Positions 16,749 to 26,381 of a stretch of DNA of 40,766 nt are shown here, in pieces. Position 1 is the first letter of the stretch. Every line of letters begins with the position of its first letter. The stretch covers positions 1 to 40,766 of IMG/VR virus record IMGVR_UViG_3300044820_000046. One strand, written 5' to 3'. The notes below the pieces were generated by a model. The model was not told the DNA's origin. It made no database searches and saw nothing but the letters and a program-made list of their open reading frames with translations. Source of the stretch: a virus (lineage: Duplodnaviria; Caudoviricetes). Position numbers and translations under genes: made by a program.

Positions 16749-17473
16749 GATTTTTGGCAGAGGATGACGTTGGCATAATTGACGTTTATCGCCGAGCCAG
16801 AGAATGTGTGGCCGTGCGTCGTCCCAGAGCCGCCAGAATTGACGCTGATGCCGGTAGTGTTGGGGTTAGTTGTGTCGGTCGAAGTTCCTGGCTGGACAAA
16901 ATATCCGCTCCCTCCCGACCCCCCTGTAAACGCTGTAGCATGATAATCCGTGTAAGTGTGCGTATGCCCTGGATCGCTTACGCTAAAATTTACGTTCGGC
17001 AAGTTCGCTTGCGTGATCGCCGTTCCCGAGATCGTGCCCGCCGCCGCCGCCGACGAAAATGCCTGCCCTGACGTGTACGCCGTGCCGCCCGTGCCGCCGT
17101 TGACGATCCGCAACGCGACATCGTTCAGCGTCGTGACCTGCGTCCAGCCGGTGGGCGCTGCGGCTTGGTAGAAGACCGTTTTTGTGCCAGAAGGGAAGAC
17201 TGACGCTTGCCATTGCGCATATTCGACGGCGTTTCCCGCTGTTGAACCGGCAGTAAGGTTCGTTAGCTTGTGCGAACCCATAGACATATCGGCGGTCGGG
17301 GCGTTGCTCCCGTCGCGGTTCCAGCAGGCGTTCACGCCTCCTGCGATGTCTTGATCATGAAGATCCTGCATCGTAGAGAGGATGCCGATGCCGGCCGACT
17401 GTGTTTGCGCCCAAAGGTTCGAGCCCGTATATGTGCCGTTCGTCCGCGTAAAATTTCCGTTGAGCCATCCCAT
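16745..17473 (-). CDS. Proximal tail fibre protein
   Basis: Start MGWLNGNFTR; RDGSNAPTADMSMGSHKLTNL; collar-like FPSGTKTVFYQAAAPTGWTQ; DPGHTH/HGHT fibre motifs; YANVILCQK end. Confidence 0.85.
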   Translation of the reverse strand: MGWLNGNFTRTNGTYTGSNLWAQTQSAGIGILSTMQDLHDQDIAGGVNACWNRDGSNAPTADMSMGSHKLTNLTAGSTAGNAVEYAQWQASVFPSGTKTVFYQAAAPTGWTQVTTLNDVALRIVNGGTGGTAYTSGQAFSSAAAAGTISGTAITQANLPNVNFSVSDPGHTHTYTDYHATAFTGGSGGSGYFVQPGTSTDTTNPNTTGISVNSGGSGTTHGHTFSGSAINVNYANVILCQKS

Positions 17474-17474
17474 A

Positions 17475-17921
17475 TCAAGCCACCGTTCCGTTACTCGCCG
17501 GACCCATCGTCTGCGTATCCCAGCCGCCATTCTGCCGCTGAGCAAGCGCCTGTGCGAGAAGCGGGCCGAGTTGGCTTCCAATCTTCGGCAACGAAGCAAT
17601 TGCGCCATTCCCGACGCCGCGAGATAGGGCAGGAGCCGCAGCCTGTGCCGTTGCCTGCGTGGGTGCCGGTGCCATACCGCCGCCGCGGAGTTTCGCGAGG
17701 TAGGACATGGCCTGTTCCATAGGCGAGCCTTGCGGGGCGTTCACGAGTGGCCCGGCTGCATTCGTGCCTGCCGTGGTGTTCGCGCCGACAGGTTGCCCGG
17801 TGTTCGCGCCGACCCACTGCCCGTCTTTGTAAACGAGGTTTTCAGGCTGCTTGTATGCCGGGACGCCGGTATTCCCGTTCGGGAAGCCGGAATTTACGTC
17901 TTGGCTGGAGCTACTGCCCAT
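17475..17921 (-). CDS. Small internal virion/ejection-region protein
   Basis: AAGGA RBS, start MGSSSSQ; low complexity; operonic. Confidence 0.65.
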   Translation of the reverse strand: MGSSSSQDVNSGFPNGNTGVPAYKQPENLVYKDGQWVGANTGQPVGANTTAGTNAAGPLVNAPQGSPMEQAMSYLAKLRGGGMAPAPTQATAQAAAPALSRGVGNGAIASLPKIGSQLGPLLAQALAQRQNGGWDTQTMGPASNGTVA

Positions 17922-18702
17922 TTTGGTTTCCTTGATCTGTAAGAGCATTTGCGAGTGCGCGCTGCGTGCCCCATTGCGTTGCGGTCGGGGCGATGGCGTT
18001 CGTCATGGGGCCGGATGCGAAATCCTGCGCGGCGGTGTTTTTGAGCCAGGGCTTGAACGCGCCTTTGAAGACATCCTCGCCCATCAGAAGCCCCATGAGT
18101 GCAGGCTCCGAGGCTCCAAACGGAGCGCCTATTGCGTGACCAACGCCAGCGGACGCACCTCGACTTAATGCCCCCGCAACGTTGTTTGCAGCCGTATCCG
18201 ACAGGCCAGGACTAATAAGCTTCGAGCCGACCGTCTGCCCGCCATGCAAAGCCGCCGCAAGGAGAACGGCCATGCCTGCGTCATCATTCGAGGCCCCGCG
18301 CGCCTTGGCGTCAGCCGCCGCAACGCCAGCGTTTCCGGTGATGCCTCCAAATGCACGAGCAGCCCACGGCAAGCCTTCAACAAGCGCCGTTCCTGCTCGC
18401 GAGATCGGAGCCATCCCGGCAAGCGTTCCGGCTGCATTGGCCGCGCCCGCGACATAAGGGTGCCGGTTCTCGAAATCCGTCATGTCCGGCGTCTGTGTGA
18501 CCGCGCCGCCTGCAATCGGAACGCCTTTTGCGACTTCCATGCCGAACGGATCGACGTTTCGCGCGTAGAAGCTGCGATCAGCCGGAAGCGGCGCGGCTGG
18601 CTGTTTATTGACGACAGAGCCTTCAAGCCTGCTTTTTTGGCCAAGCAGTTCTTGCCGCCGAGCTTCAAGTTGCTCGTCGGTCCATTTCGAAAAGTCGGTC
18701 AT
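17911..18702 (-). CDS. Ala/Gly-rich internal virion (ejection) protein
   Basis: AGGA RBS, start MTDFSKWTDEQL; FENRHPYVAGAANAAG pattern of podophage ejection proteins. Confidence 0.75.
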   Translation of the reverse strand: MTDFSKWTDEQLEARRQELLGQKSRLEGSVVNKQPAAPLPADRSFYARNVDPFGMEVAKGVPIAGGAVTQTPDMTDFENRHPYVAGAANAAGTLAGMAPISRAGTALVEGLPWAARAFGGITGNAGVAAADAKARGASNDDAGMAVLLAAALHGGQTVGSKLISPGLSDTAANNVAGALSRGASAGVGHAIGAPFGASEPALMGLLMGEDVFKGAFKPWLKNTAAQDFASGPMTNAIAPTATQWGTQRALANALTDQGNQNGQ

Positions 18703-18709
18703 GGTGTTC

Positions 18710-21700
18710 CTATCGAGCCAGAGCGCGCGCCAGATCACCCAGCCGCAGCTTTTCGCGCCGCCCGGTGAGTGCGTGTGCGAGTTTGTCGTTTGGCCGCTCG
18801 GGTGGTGCAGGAGGGGCGGGGAGGGGCTTTGCGGGGTGCGGCGCGGCGCGGCGTGCGTAGGTTATGCGGGGGTCGTTGGGGTCGAAGGTGCCACGGTTTC
18901 CGATGGCGCTTTTGATTTGCGTCGGGTCAATGACGGCGATTTCATTGATTTTTCCGTTTTCGTGAAAAATAAGGGCGTCCGGGGTGCGATTTGGATCGGT
19001 CCCTTTCCACCTCGGCCATTCCTCCGTCGCGCTCTTGCTTTGGTTGTAGTAAGCGGGATTTTCGGCCTTTATGTAGGCGGGATACATCAATCCTGTATTC
19101 TCGGCCGTGTAATGACCTGCATACTCGGGGTGAGGGCTGAAAAACGATCCGTCCCTAAATTGCATAAGGCCGAACGGTTCGTTGTTCTCTTTCGCTTTCC
19201 TGAATCGTTCCAAAGTGTTCTGTGGGTCGCCGCGTTTCCCGCCGCCTTCTGGCAAAAAAGCTTCGATGTCCGGCGACGTGGTGCCGTGGTAAACAACAAG
19301 CGGCTTACCGTTCTTGTCTACGATCTTGCTTTTCCCGAACCACTTGCGAAAAGCTGGCGTATCCGTCTGCAAAGTCGGCTTCGTCGCTTCTTTCGCCGCC
19401 TTCGAATAATCCCCCCGCAAAATCCCTTCGAGCGCATCCTTAACCGGCGCAATCTGCTCATCCGTCAGCGCGCCGTGCTTGTAAAGCTCCATCATGTGAG
19501 ACGCGGCTTCTTCATCCATCGCGCTTTTCATGGCGCGCGGGGAGCGATCGCTGTATGCGTCTTCATAAGCTTCGCGCCAAGTTCCAGGCAGCGCTTCTTT
19601 CCAACTTGGATCGCCGATCTCTTTCAGGTAATCTTTCGCTTGACGATCCATAATTCCGAGGGAATCAGAATGTCTGACAAGAGCTTGCCTGATGGGCGCG
19701 GGGATATTCCGCCAGTTGGCGTGAACAACCTCGTGAGCGATAGCGCCGCCAGTAAGCCGCGCCGCCACATCACTTTGAACGTTGCCGGATTTAACGCCCA
19801 CATCACCAGACGGCGCGAAAGAGCCGAGGCGGAAGCTGACAAGGCTTCGGGTGTCGGGGTCGTAAAAAGCCCGAGCATGGGAGATGGCGTTGCTATCGAC
19901 GGGCAGCATAAAGGTTGAGCCGTCAGGGTGCTTGAATGTCGCCTTGTACTCGCCGGGACCAGAAGACTCAAGCGATGCCAGCGCGCCGAGTTTCGTCCCT
20001 TCTGGGATCGCCGCGACGTAGGGCTTCATCGCTTCGTGCGCGGCTGTGATGATCTCATGCGGCGCTTCGACGGCGCGTCCTGCCGCGAGTTGAGACATGG
20101 CGTGGGTGCGGGCTTCGGAGTCGCCTTTCAGCGCATAAGCCTGTCCGGGGCCACCTTCCGAAAGCGCCTCGTGCATTTCTGGCGTGATGCGCAGGATCAG
20201 ATGACCGTTTTCCGAGTCAGAATCTGGCAGCCATTCCTTCTCAAGCTTGCCGCCCCACTGCTTGGCGTAATCACCGAGCCAGCGCGGAAGCTTCTGATCG
20301 TAGAATACCTTCAGAGAGCCAGATTTAGCGCTGTTAGCGGCCTCAACCTGTTCGGCGTCTGGAAGCACAAGAGCATCATAACCGCCCTCCACGGCCTTCC
20401 TGAGAGCCACCTTGGCCGCCATCTGCCAAGTACGATCTTTTTGATAGGCGTAGGACGGCACATTCTCGCCGGGCCGCGCCGCGTCGGCACTGAAGCGGCT
20501 TTGAATGTGGTTTAGAAGTAGCCCTGTGCCGCCGTCTGGCATCGGGATATCGGAATGCGTGACGTGCGCGACCACAGGGCCATGCTGCGCTTTGCTGCCC
20601 TCTTCCTGATTCCAATGCGGCTCGGAGTATTTGCCTTCGAGGTCGTTTGCGCGGATCAGCGTCTCTTGATAATTCGTGCCGCCAGCAAGCCGCGTGCCGG
20701 GGTATTGCGTCTCGTCGTCCTTGATTTGCGCAAGCCGCTCGTCGGCAGCCTTTTTCGCCTGCTGTGCTTCAATCACATCGTCGCGTTTGACCGAGCGCGC
20801 TTCGTCGGGAAGCTGATAAAAGCTTTCCGTGCGGTATTTCGCGGCGAGGCGTTCGAATTTGTCGGTTGCGGCGTCAGCCTCGGCGCGGGCGTCTTCCGCT
20901 GCGTCGCGGCTTAGCGTGCGCTCTTCGAGATCCGGCGCATTGCCGCGCAGATGGTTGAGGAGTTCGGTTTTCGTGACCGATTTCTTGCCTGCCAGCCAAT
21001 CTTCGGTGCCCGTATGCGCGAGATAATCTTTCGCGCCGGGGAGCTTGTTCAGCGCCGCGAGCCATTGTTGCGGGGCGGCTTTGTCTTGCGGGAAAGTTTC
21101 GACGGCGCGTTCAAAGGGGGAATGGAAGCCGCGAAGGGCAAACATTTTGCCTTCGTTCGGCTGCGCATCGGGGTGCTCGGCGTGGATCTCACGAATGGCC
21201 GTCTGCGCGCCCGACATATTCGGAAGCGTCCCCCACTCGGTATCTGATGGCTTCAGGTTCTCGATCTGGTCGATGTCGAAATGGCGCGGAGCAAAAGACT
21301 TGACCGGACCTTTCGACGTACTGCCGCCAGTCTGCACGCCATGAACGCGAGCGCGGCTTCCTTCAACGTCATTCACAAGTCCGATGCGGTGCGGGGAAAA
21401 CTCCCGAGGTGCGCCTTGGTACTCAAAAGCAAGAGGCTGACTCGCCTCCATTGCCTTGTAAACTTGGTCGTAAAGATCGGGGCGAGTGCCTTTTTCTTTG
21501 TGCGGCACTTGCTCAAGTGTCGGGTAGCGGCCTCTTAAGCCGTTTTCGTGTGCAGCCTCGGCAGGACCGGGCCGCGCGGCGGTAGCTCCAAAAAGTTCTT
21601 TCTGATTTTGTGCGTCACCGAACAGCCCTTCATGCTGCAACTCAGCGTTCCCGCCTCGCAACGGCTTGTTGGCCTGCGCTTGCAAGCGCTCTCGATCTGT

Positions 21701-23911
21701 TACGGGGGCGACGCCAGGAATAAGCTGTTGAGGCTTCCCTTCGGCCCCAGCCTCAAATTGAGGTTCCGGTTTCGCGGACTGCGACGCGGCTCGGAATGCT
21801 TCCGGGCTTGGTTCGCCGCCGCCGTTCTCTTTAACGAGGCGATTATACCGCGAAAGCCATTGGTGCGCCGTCAGGACTTCGTATTTATCCTGATTTATGG
21901 CTTCAGCGGTCTTTCTTTCAAAGGTTTCAAGAGCGGGCTTGCCAGTTTCTTTTGAAACGACAACCCAACTGCCAGACATGCCATCGTTTAGTTCTGGGAT
22001 TGGCCTTGCGTTGGGGTTGGGGTTGACGGTTGCGGCTGCGTTGCCTGCTGGAGCGCGGCCTGCGCCTTCTCCGCTTGCGACTGGCGCAACTTCGCCATGT
22101 TCTCCGCCGCGCTCGCGATTGCTGAGATCTGCGCTTTCGCGTGCGGCACGGTCGAGAGTTCCGCCCGGCGCCGCAACATCGCTGCGGCTTGGTGATAGTG
22201 TTCCGCTGGGTGTTTCATTGGCCTCCCATCCTGGAAAATAATCATGATGCGCAATGGTTTGGATATGCTGTTCAGGCGACAACGTATCACTAACCTCGCG
22301 CACGATCAAATCGTGGATCACATCGTCGGGATTCTCTCCCCGCGAAATGCGCGTCGCGGCCTCGTCCTTAAACGCTTCGGGGAATGCATCGAAGTCTTGA
22401 GCGAATGTCGTGCCGTGCTCGGCGTCGATCTCGCCAAGCTTCCGGCCCGCTTCGGCGTGAAGCCGCTGCTGCTCGGCAAATTGCTGATCGTTGACTTGCT
22501 TGGTGACGTGGGTTTGGTCGTTACCGTAGGGCGTGACGCGTTGCTTTGCGATCAGGTCGCGAGCGAGCGTATCGTAAAAATCGGGGAGAGCATGCGGCGA
22601 TTCGGCATTTGGGTCGGTGTAACCCATGTAGCCGTGTTCTATCATCGAGCCGAGGGCTGTATCGTGAGGCTTGCCCTTATTGCTGATCAGGCCAGGGAAC
22701 TTCTGCGGCGTGATGCCGAGGTTCGTCAATTCCGTGCTCGGCTTGATGCCGCCGTTTGCCTTCAGGAAGCCGAGAAGCGACAACGGCTCGCCGTTGGCTT
22801 TATGCGTTTTGAACCCGGCGCTTGGAGGGGCCGCAGGAGCGCGCGAGACTGGCGCAGCAGGCTCGACGTTGGGCGCTACGGCAGGAGCGGGCGGCGCTTC
22901 CGGGGCTGTGCGAGCTTCTGTGGGCGTCTCAGGCGGAAGGCCAATATCGGCGGGAAGGCGTTCGCGCGGCGGCTCGGCGAGGCGTGCGGACCATAGGCTT
23001 TCATCCGGCGCGTTCGCGGGCTGTTCGACATTCGTTGCCGCTTCGGGCTTCGGTTGCAAATCAGCGGAACGCAATTCTGTCGCAGGCTGCTCGGTCGGCG
23101 CTGGCTTCGGCGCTTCCGGCGAAGGCACAACGCCGTCAGGATAGAGATCGCGACGCGGGCCGGTGCCGAAGACATCGTGTTGGACCGGCTTCGGGTTGTT
23201 CCAGTCGTAGAGGTCAACGAAATAGGGCGGCGCGGAAGGTGCGGTCGGTGCGGCAGGCTTCGATTCCGGTGCCGGGGCCGGACCCTTTGGCCCTTCAAGC
23301 CCAAGCGGCGCGTGATCCACCCAATCGTTGACGCCGCGCATGCGGTCGATGAATGCGGCGTTTTCGGCTGGCGTTGAAAGCTTCGGCCCTTTGATGCCGG
23401 TTTCGCGCCCGTAAGCGATGCCATAAGGGTGCGCGAGTCCGGCTTCCATCGTCGCGCCAAGCGTCTGTGCTGTTTCCGGGTATCGCGCAACGGCTTGTGC
23501 CTGCGCTTCCTGTTCGGCGCGCTGGTATCTTTCAGGCTCGACGCCAGCGGGAAGGTCGCGCGTTCCAAAGCGAGAATAATACATCGTCCGCGCGGCGTCT
23601 GCGGCGGTCCCGAGGTTCGCTTGCCCGGCAGTCAGGCCGGGGATCGGGTCCAGCATGGAAGCAATGCCGCCCGCGTCGGAGGCGGACGGGTTTGCGTAAA
23701 ACTCGCTCGCTTCCTGGCCTAAGCGCTTGCCGCGCTCCTCGATGCCGTGGCGCAGGCTTTCAGGCACATAGCTCCACGCTTTCGACAAGATGCCGGGTTG
23801 CTCGACGGGCGCATGATCAATCCAGTCGCCGGGGTCGGTATTTGGAGCGGCCGCAACAGGGGCGTGCTCGATCCAGTCGCCAGGATCGACGGAAGGCGTC
23901 CAGTCGGCCAT
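18710..23911 (-). CDS. Large polyvalent ejection protein (WYL-like, LPD-like, HExxH and ADP-ribosyltransferase domains)
   Basis: 1733 aa; C-terminal TPAFRKWFGKSKIVDKNGKPLVVYHGT...FFS...YIKAENP...EIAV..PTQIKSAIGNRGTFD (ART-PolyVal pattern); AHEVVH; WYL-like segment. Confidence 0.85.
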   Translation of the reverse strand: MADWTPSVDPGDWIEHAPVAAAPNTDPGDWIDHAPVEQPGILSKAWSYVPESLRHGIEERGKRLGQEASEFYANPSASDAGGIASMLDPIPGLTAGQANLGTAADAARTMYYSRFGTRDLPAGVEPERYQRAEQEAQAQAVARYPETAQTLGATMEAGLAHPYGIAYGRETGIKGPKLSTPAENAAFIDRMRGVNDWVDHAPLGLEGPKGPAPAPESKPAAPTAPSAPPYFVDLYDWNNPKPVQHDVFGTGPRRDLYPDGVVPSPEAPKPAPTEQPATELRSADLQPKPEAATNVEQPANAPDESLWSARLAEPPRERLPADIGLPPETPTEARTAPEAPPAPAVAPNVEPAAPVSRAPAAPPSAGFKTHKANGEPLSLLGFLKANGGIKPSTELTNLGITPQKFPGLISNKGKPHDTALGSMIEHGYMGYTDPNAESPHALPDFYDTLARDLIAKQRVTPYGNDQTHVTKQVNDQQFAEQQRLHAEAGRKLGEIDAEHGTTFAQDFDAFPEAFKDEAATRISRGENPDDVIHDLIVREVSDTLSPEQHIQTIAHHDYFPGWEANETPSGTLSPSRSDVAAPGGTLDRAARESADLSNRERGGEHGEVAPVASGEGAGRAPAGNAAATVNPNPNARPIPELNDGMSGSWVVVSKETGKPALETFERKTAEAINQDKYEVLTAHQWLSRYNRLVKENGGGEPSPEAFRAASQSAKPEPQFEAGAEGKPQQLIPGVAPVTDRERLQAQANKPLRGGNAELQHEGLFGDAQNQKELFGATAARPGPAEAAHENGLRGRYPTLEQVPHKEKGTRPDLYDQVYKAMEASQPLAFEYQGAPREFSPHRIGLVNDVEGSRARVHGVQTGGSTSKGPVKSFAPRHFDIDQIENLKPSDTEWGTLPNMSGAQTAIREIHAEHPDAQPNEGKMFALRGFHSPFERAVETFPQDKAAPQQWLAALNKLPGAKDYLAHTGTEDWLAGKKSVTKTELLNHLRGNAPDLEERTLSRDAAEDARAEADAATDKFERLAAKYRTESFYQLPDEARSVKRDDVIEAQQAKKAADERLAQIKDDETQYPGTRLAGGTNYQETLIRANDLEGKYSEPHWNQEEGSKAQHGPVVAHVTHSDIPMPDGGTGLLLNHIQSRFSADAARPGENVPSYAYQKDRTWQMAAKVALRKAVEGGYDALVLPDAEQVEAANSAKSGSLKVFYDQKLPRWLGDYAKQWGGKLEKEWLPDSDSENGHLILRITPEMHEALSEGGPGQAYALKGDSEARTHAMSQLAAGRAVEAPHEIITAAHEAMKPYVAAIPEGTKLGALASLESSGPGEYKATFKHPDGSTFMLPVDSNAISHARAFYDPDTRSLVSFRLGSFAPSGDVGVKSGNVQSDVAARLTGGAIAHEVVHANWRNIPAPIRQALVRHSDSLGIMDRQAKDYLKEIGDPSWKEALPGTWREAYEDAYSDRSPRAMKSAMDEEAASHMMELYKHGALTDEQIAPVKDALEGILRGDYSKAAKEATKPTLQTDTPAFRKWFGKSKIVDKNGKPLVVYHGTTSPDIEAFLPEGGGKRGDPQNTLERFRKAKENNEPFGLMQFRDGSFFSPHPEYAGHYTAENTGLMYPAYIKAENPAYYNQSKSATEEWPRWKGTDPNRTPDALIFHENGKINEIAVIDPTQIKSAIGNRGTFDPNDPRITYARRAAPHPAKPLPAPPAPPERPNDKLAHALTGRREKLRLGDLARALAR

Positions 23912-23912
23912 G

Positions 23913-26381
23913 TTACTGCGCCTGCGGCATTGCGGGAGCGGCGGCGGTCATAGGCTGGCCGTTTGCCGAATAGAAGCGGCCAGCGGGGTCTTGCCATATT
24001 TTTTGCGATGGGCTGAAGCGAGAGCCGACCGGGACGCCTTGCGGAAGTGCTGGCTTGACGGGAGCGGCGGGAGCACCTTGCGCAGCCTGTGCGGGCGCTG
24101 GCGCTGCGGCCTTCTGCCGGTTTGCGCGCTCGGCATCAATGCCAGCCAACTCCGAGTGGACAGCGGCCAATTCAGGCGGCGCAGCAGGAGCGGCCGGCGC
24201 ATTCCCGACTGGCTTCGTCGGTGCCGCCGAGTTTTCCGCGCCGGATTCGATCATCTTGCGGCGCTGTTCAGTCCAATGCGCGGGAAAATGCGTCCAGATG
24301 TCAGGGCGATCCTTGTTGTCCTGTCGGAACTTTTCCCACGCCGAAAGCTTGTCGAGCGGTTCGTTCGCGATTTTCTCAAGGCGATCCATGACGCGCGCCG
24401 CGCCTTGCGGGGTCATGAAGATGTTCGGGTTGTTTTCGAGGAACTTCTGAAATTCCATTTGTGTGCCACGCGGCGACATCTGCTTGACCGCCTGCACGGC
24501 AAGATATGCCGTCTGCTTTTTGAACGCCTCGACATCGGCGACGTTCGTATTGAGCCATTTGTTGACGGTTTCCGGGGCGACGCCAGCAGTGATGAAGAGA
24601 TTGCCGAGGCGTTGCCGCGTTTCGCTCGTCGCGCCAGGCGTGAAGCCCTGCATAAGATTGCGCATCTCGGAAATCGTGCTTTTGACGCCAAGCCCGGCCT
24701 CGGCCTGCTGGTTGATTTCCTTGTCGAGCGCCTGGACGCCTTTGCCGGCGTCCTTCAGGGCCTCTTTCTTCGCATCCTGACGACGCGCCCAATCGGCCAT
24801 TTGGCCGGGCGTACCGTTCAAGGGCGGCTCTTCGATGGCATCCGGGGCCGATGCGGGCGCTGGCGCTGCGGCGGACGGTTGGCCAGTCGCGGCGTCCTGC
24901 GCTGGTTTCGCAGGTTGCGCTTGCGGCTGGTCGCCCTGCAAGATCGGGACGCGGCGAATACCGGCGACGTTGCCTTTTTCATCGTAAACAGGCTGGCCGT
25001 AGCCAGGGTATTTGACGCCGCCACCGGCATCGAAGGGCATGTTTTCGAGTTCCGGCTTGGCTGTAAGCCCGGTTTGTCGCCATCCGGTGAAATCGTTGCC
25101 AGCCCACACGCGACCGTCCGGCGTGGACTTTTGCGACGGCAAAAGCGCTTTCTGGCGTTCCTGCAAAAGTTGCATGCCTTGCGCGTAAGTCGTCGGGTTC
25201 ATCAGGAGCGCGCGAATTGTGCGCTGCGGGTAGACCGATTCAATGTCTTGCGTCGGCGGATGGAACGCGCCGGATGGTGTGATCGGGGCCGCGCCACCAG
25301 CCGAAGCGGCGGCTGTAAATGGGTTTGGCGCCGTGGGAGCCGCGCCTATTGCGCCGCCGCCCGATGAAGCAGGGGCTTGCATTGGCGCGGAATGTGGAGA
25401 ACCGGAGCCGCCGCCGAGCAAAGAATCCGCGATTTGAGACTGATATGCCTGCTGCGCGCCGGCATAGTCGTTCATCATCTTATTGCCGGCCAAGAGCATT
25501 CCAAGCTTGCCGAGCGTCGTCCCCATACCCGGTGCCTTCGTGCCAGCAAGAGCCTCCTGCAAAAACGCCTTGCCCATCTCGGCATTGTACGGATTTGGAT
25601 ATGCGTTGCCGTTGCTGTCCGATTGTCCGCCACCGAGAAACGTCTGCGGCACACGGGCGAGCGCATGAGTGAGATACGAGATCGGGCCGCCGCTGTCGTC
25701 GGATTGAGCGGCGTCAGGGGCGGGAGCAGGTTGATAAGGCACGCGGCCTCCATCTACGAGAGCTTGTGTCAGTTGATCTTTTGTGTCCGCAGGGACCGCA
25801 GGCGAAGCGGAGTCGAAATTGTTCCGCCAGTCCCAATATCGGTCATGCCCGCGCGCATCGGTGCGGCTCGGGTAAGAAAACGTCTCCCCGCCGTAGTTCG
25901 CGACGGGCGTGTACATGCCGTTCGTGTTTCGGCGCGCGGCAAAGTCTCCCGAGGCGTTGTCGGTCGCGTAGTTCGAGATGTTCGAGCCGTCGAGCGCCGC
26001 GCCGAGATTGTACTCGATCATGCTGCGCGTTCTGGGGTTATTCAGCGCGCTCGGATTGTACCCGGCATAATAACCGCCATAGGGAGAGAGCCTGCTTTCC
26101 TGCGCGAGTGTCGTCCCCATCATGGACGCGCGGTTCATCATGCTTTCGAGGACCGAAAGATTTGAGCGCGGATCGAGGTTTTCGCCAGCCGAAACGGCCA
26201 TGATGTGAGCGCGCAGTTGCGGGTTGTCCTGCAACTCCTTCGCAAAGCGAGCGCGATCGATCTCCGAGCCGTGCTTGTCGGTAAACGGCGCAACGTCGCC
26301 AGCGCCAGCGTCAGGAAGCGCGGTCGGCGAATAATCAGGCGGGAGCGCTGTACCCGGCGTGAATGGGTCGAGATCGGCCAT
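23913..26381 (-). CDS. Ejection protein with an N-terminal cell-wall-hydrolase-like domain
   Basis: AVSAGEN...VLESMMNRA...YY...GSNISNYATDNAS (SleB/lysozyme-like), then long helical Q/A-rich segments. Confidence 0.75.
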   Translation of the reverse strand: MADLDPFTPGTALPPDYSPTALPDAGAGDVAPFTDKHGSEIDRARFAKELQDNPQLRAHIMAVSAGENLDPRSNLSVLESMMNRASMMGTTLAQESRLSPYGGYYAGYNPSALNNPRTRSMIEYNLGAALDGSNISNYATDNASGDFAARRNTNGMYTPVANYGGETFSYPSRTDARGHDRYWDWRNNFDSASPAVPADTKDQLTQALVDGGRVPYQPAPAPDAAQSDDSGGPISYLTHALARVPQTFLGGGQSDSNGNAYPNPYNAEMGKAFLQEALAGTKAPGMGTTLGKLGMLLAGNKMMNDYAGAQQAYQSQIADSLLGGGSGSPHSAPMQAPASSGGGAIGAAPTAPNPFTAAASAGGAAPITPSGAFHPPTQDIESVYPQRTIRALLMNPTTYAQGMQLLQERQKALLPSQKSTPDGRVWAGNDFTGWRQTGLTAKPELENMPFDAGGGVKYPGYGQPVYDEKGNVAGIRRVPILQGDQPQAQPAKPAQDAATGQPSAAAPAPASAPDAIEEPPLNGTPGQMADWARRQDAKKEALKDAGKGVQALDKEINQQAEAGLGVKSTISEMRNLMQGFTPGATSETRQRLGNLFITAGVAPETVNKWLNTNVADVEAFKKQTAYLAVQAVKQMSPRGTQMEFQKFLENNPNIFMTPQGAARVMDRLEKIANEPLDKLSAWEKFRQDNKDRPDIWTHFPAHWTEQRRKMIESGAENSAAPTKPVGNAPAAPAAPPELAAVHSELAGIDAERANRQKAAAPAPAQAAQGAPAAPVKPALPQGVPVGSRFSPSQKIWQDPAGRFYSANGQPMTAAAPAMPQAQ

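Noticed and set aside
17474-17608. Extended N-termini given by the ORF track (also 18738, 17948, 7996, 34801, 38449, 40424)
   Set aside because: Downstream starts have better RBS or promoter context and avoid large overlaps.
18608-19918. 436-aa plus-strand ORF
   Set aside because: Antisense shadow of the polyvalent gene; Arg/Phe-rich with no motifs.
23910-25367. 485-aa plus-strand ORF (and similar ones at 28072, 29410, 25377)
   Set aside because: GC-rich antisense shadows of well-supported minus-strand genes.
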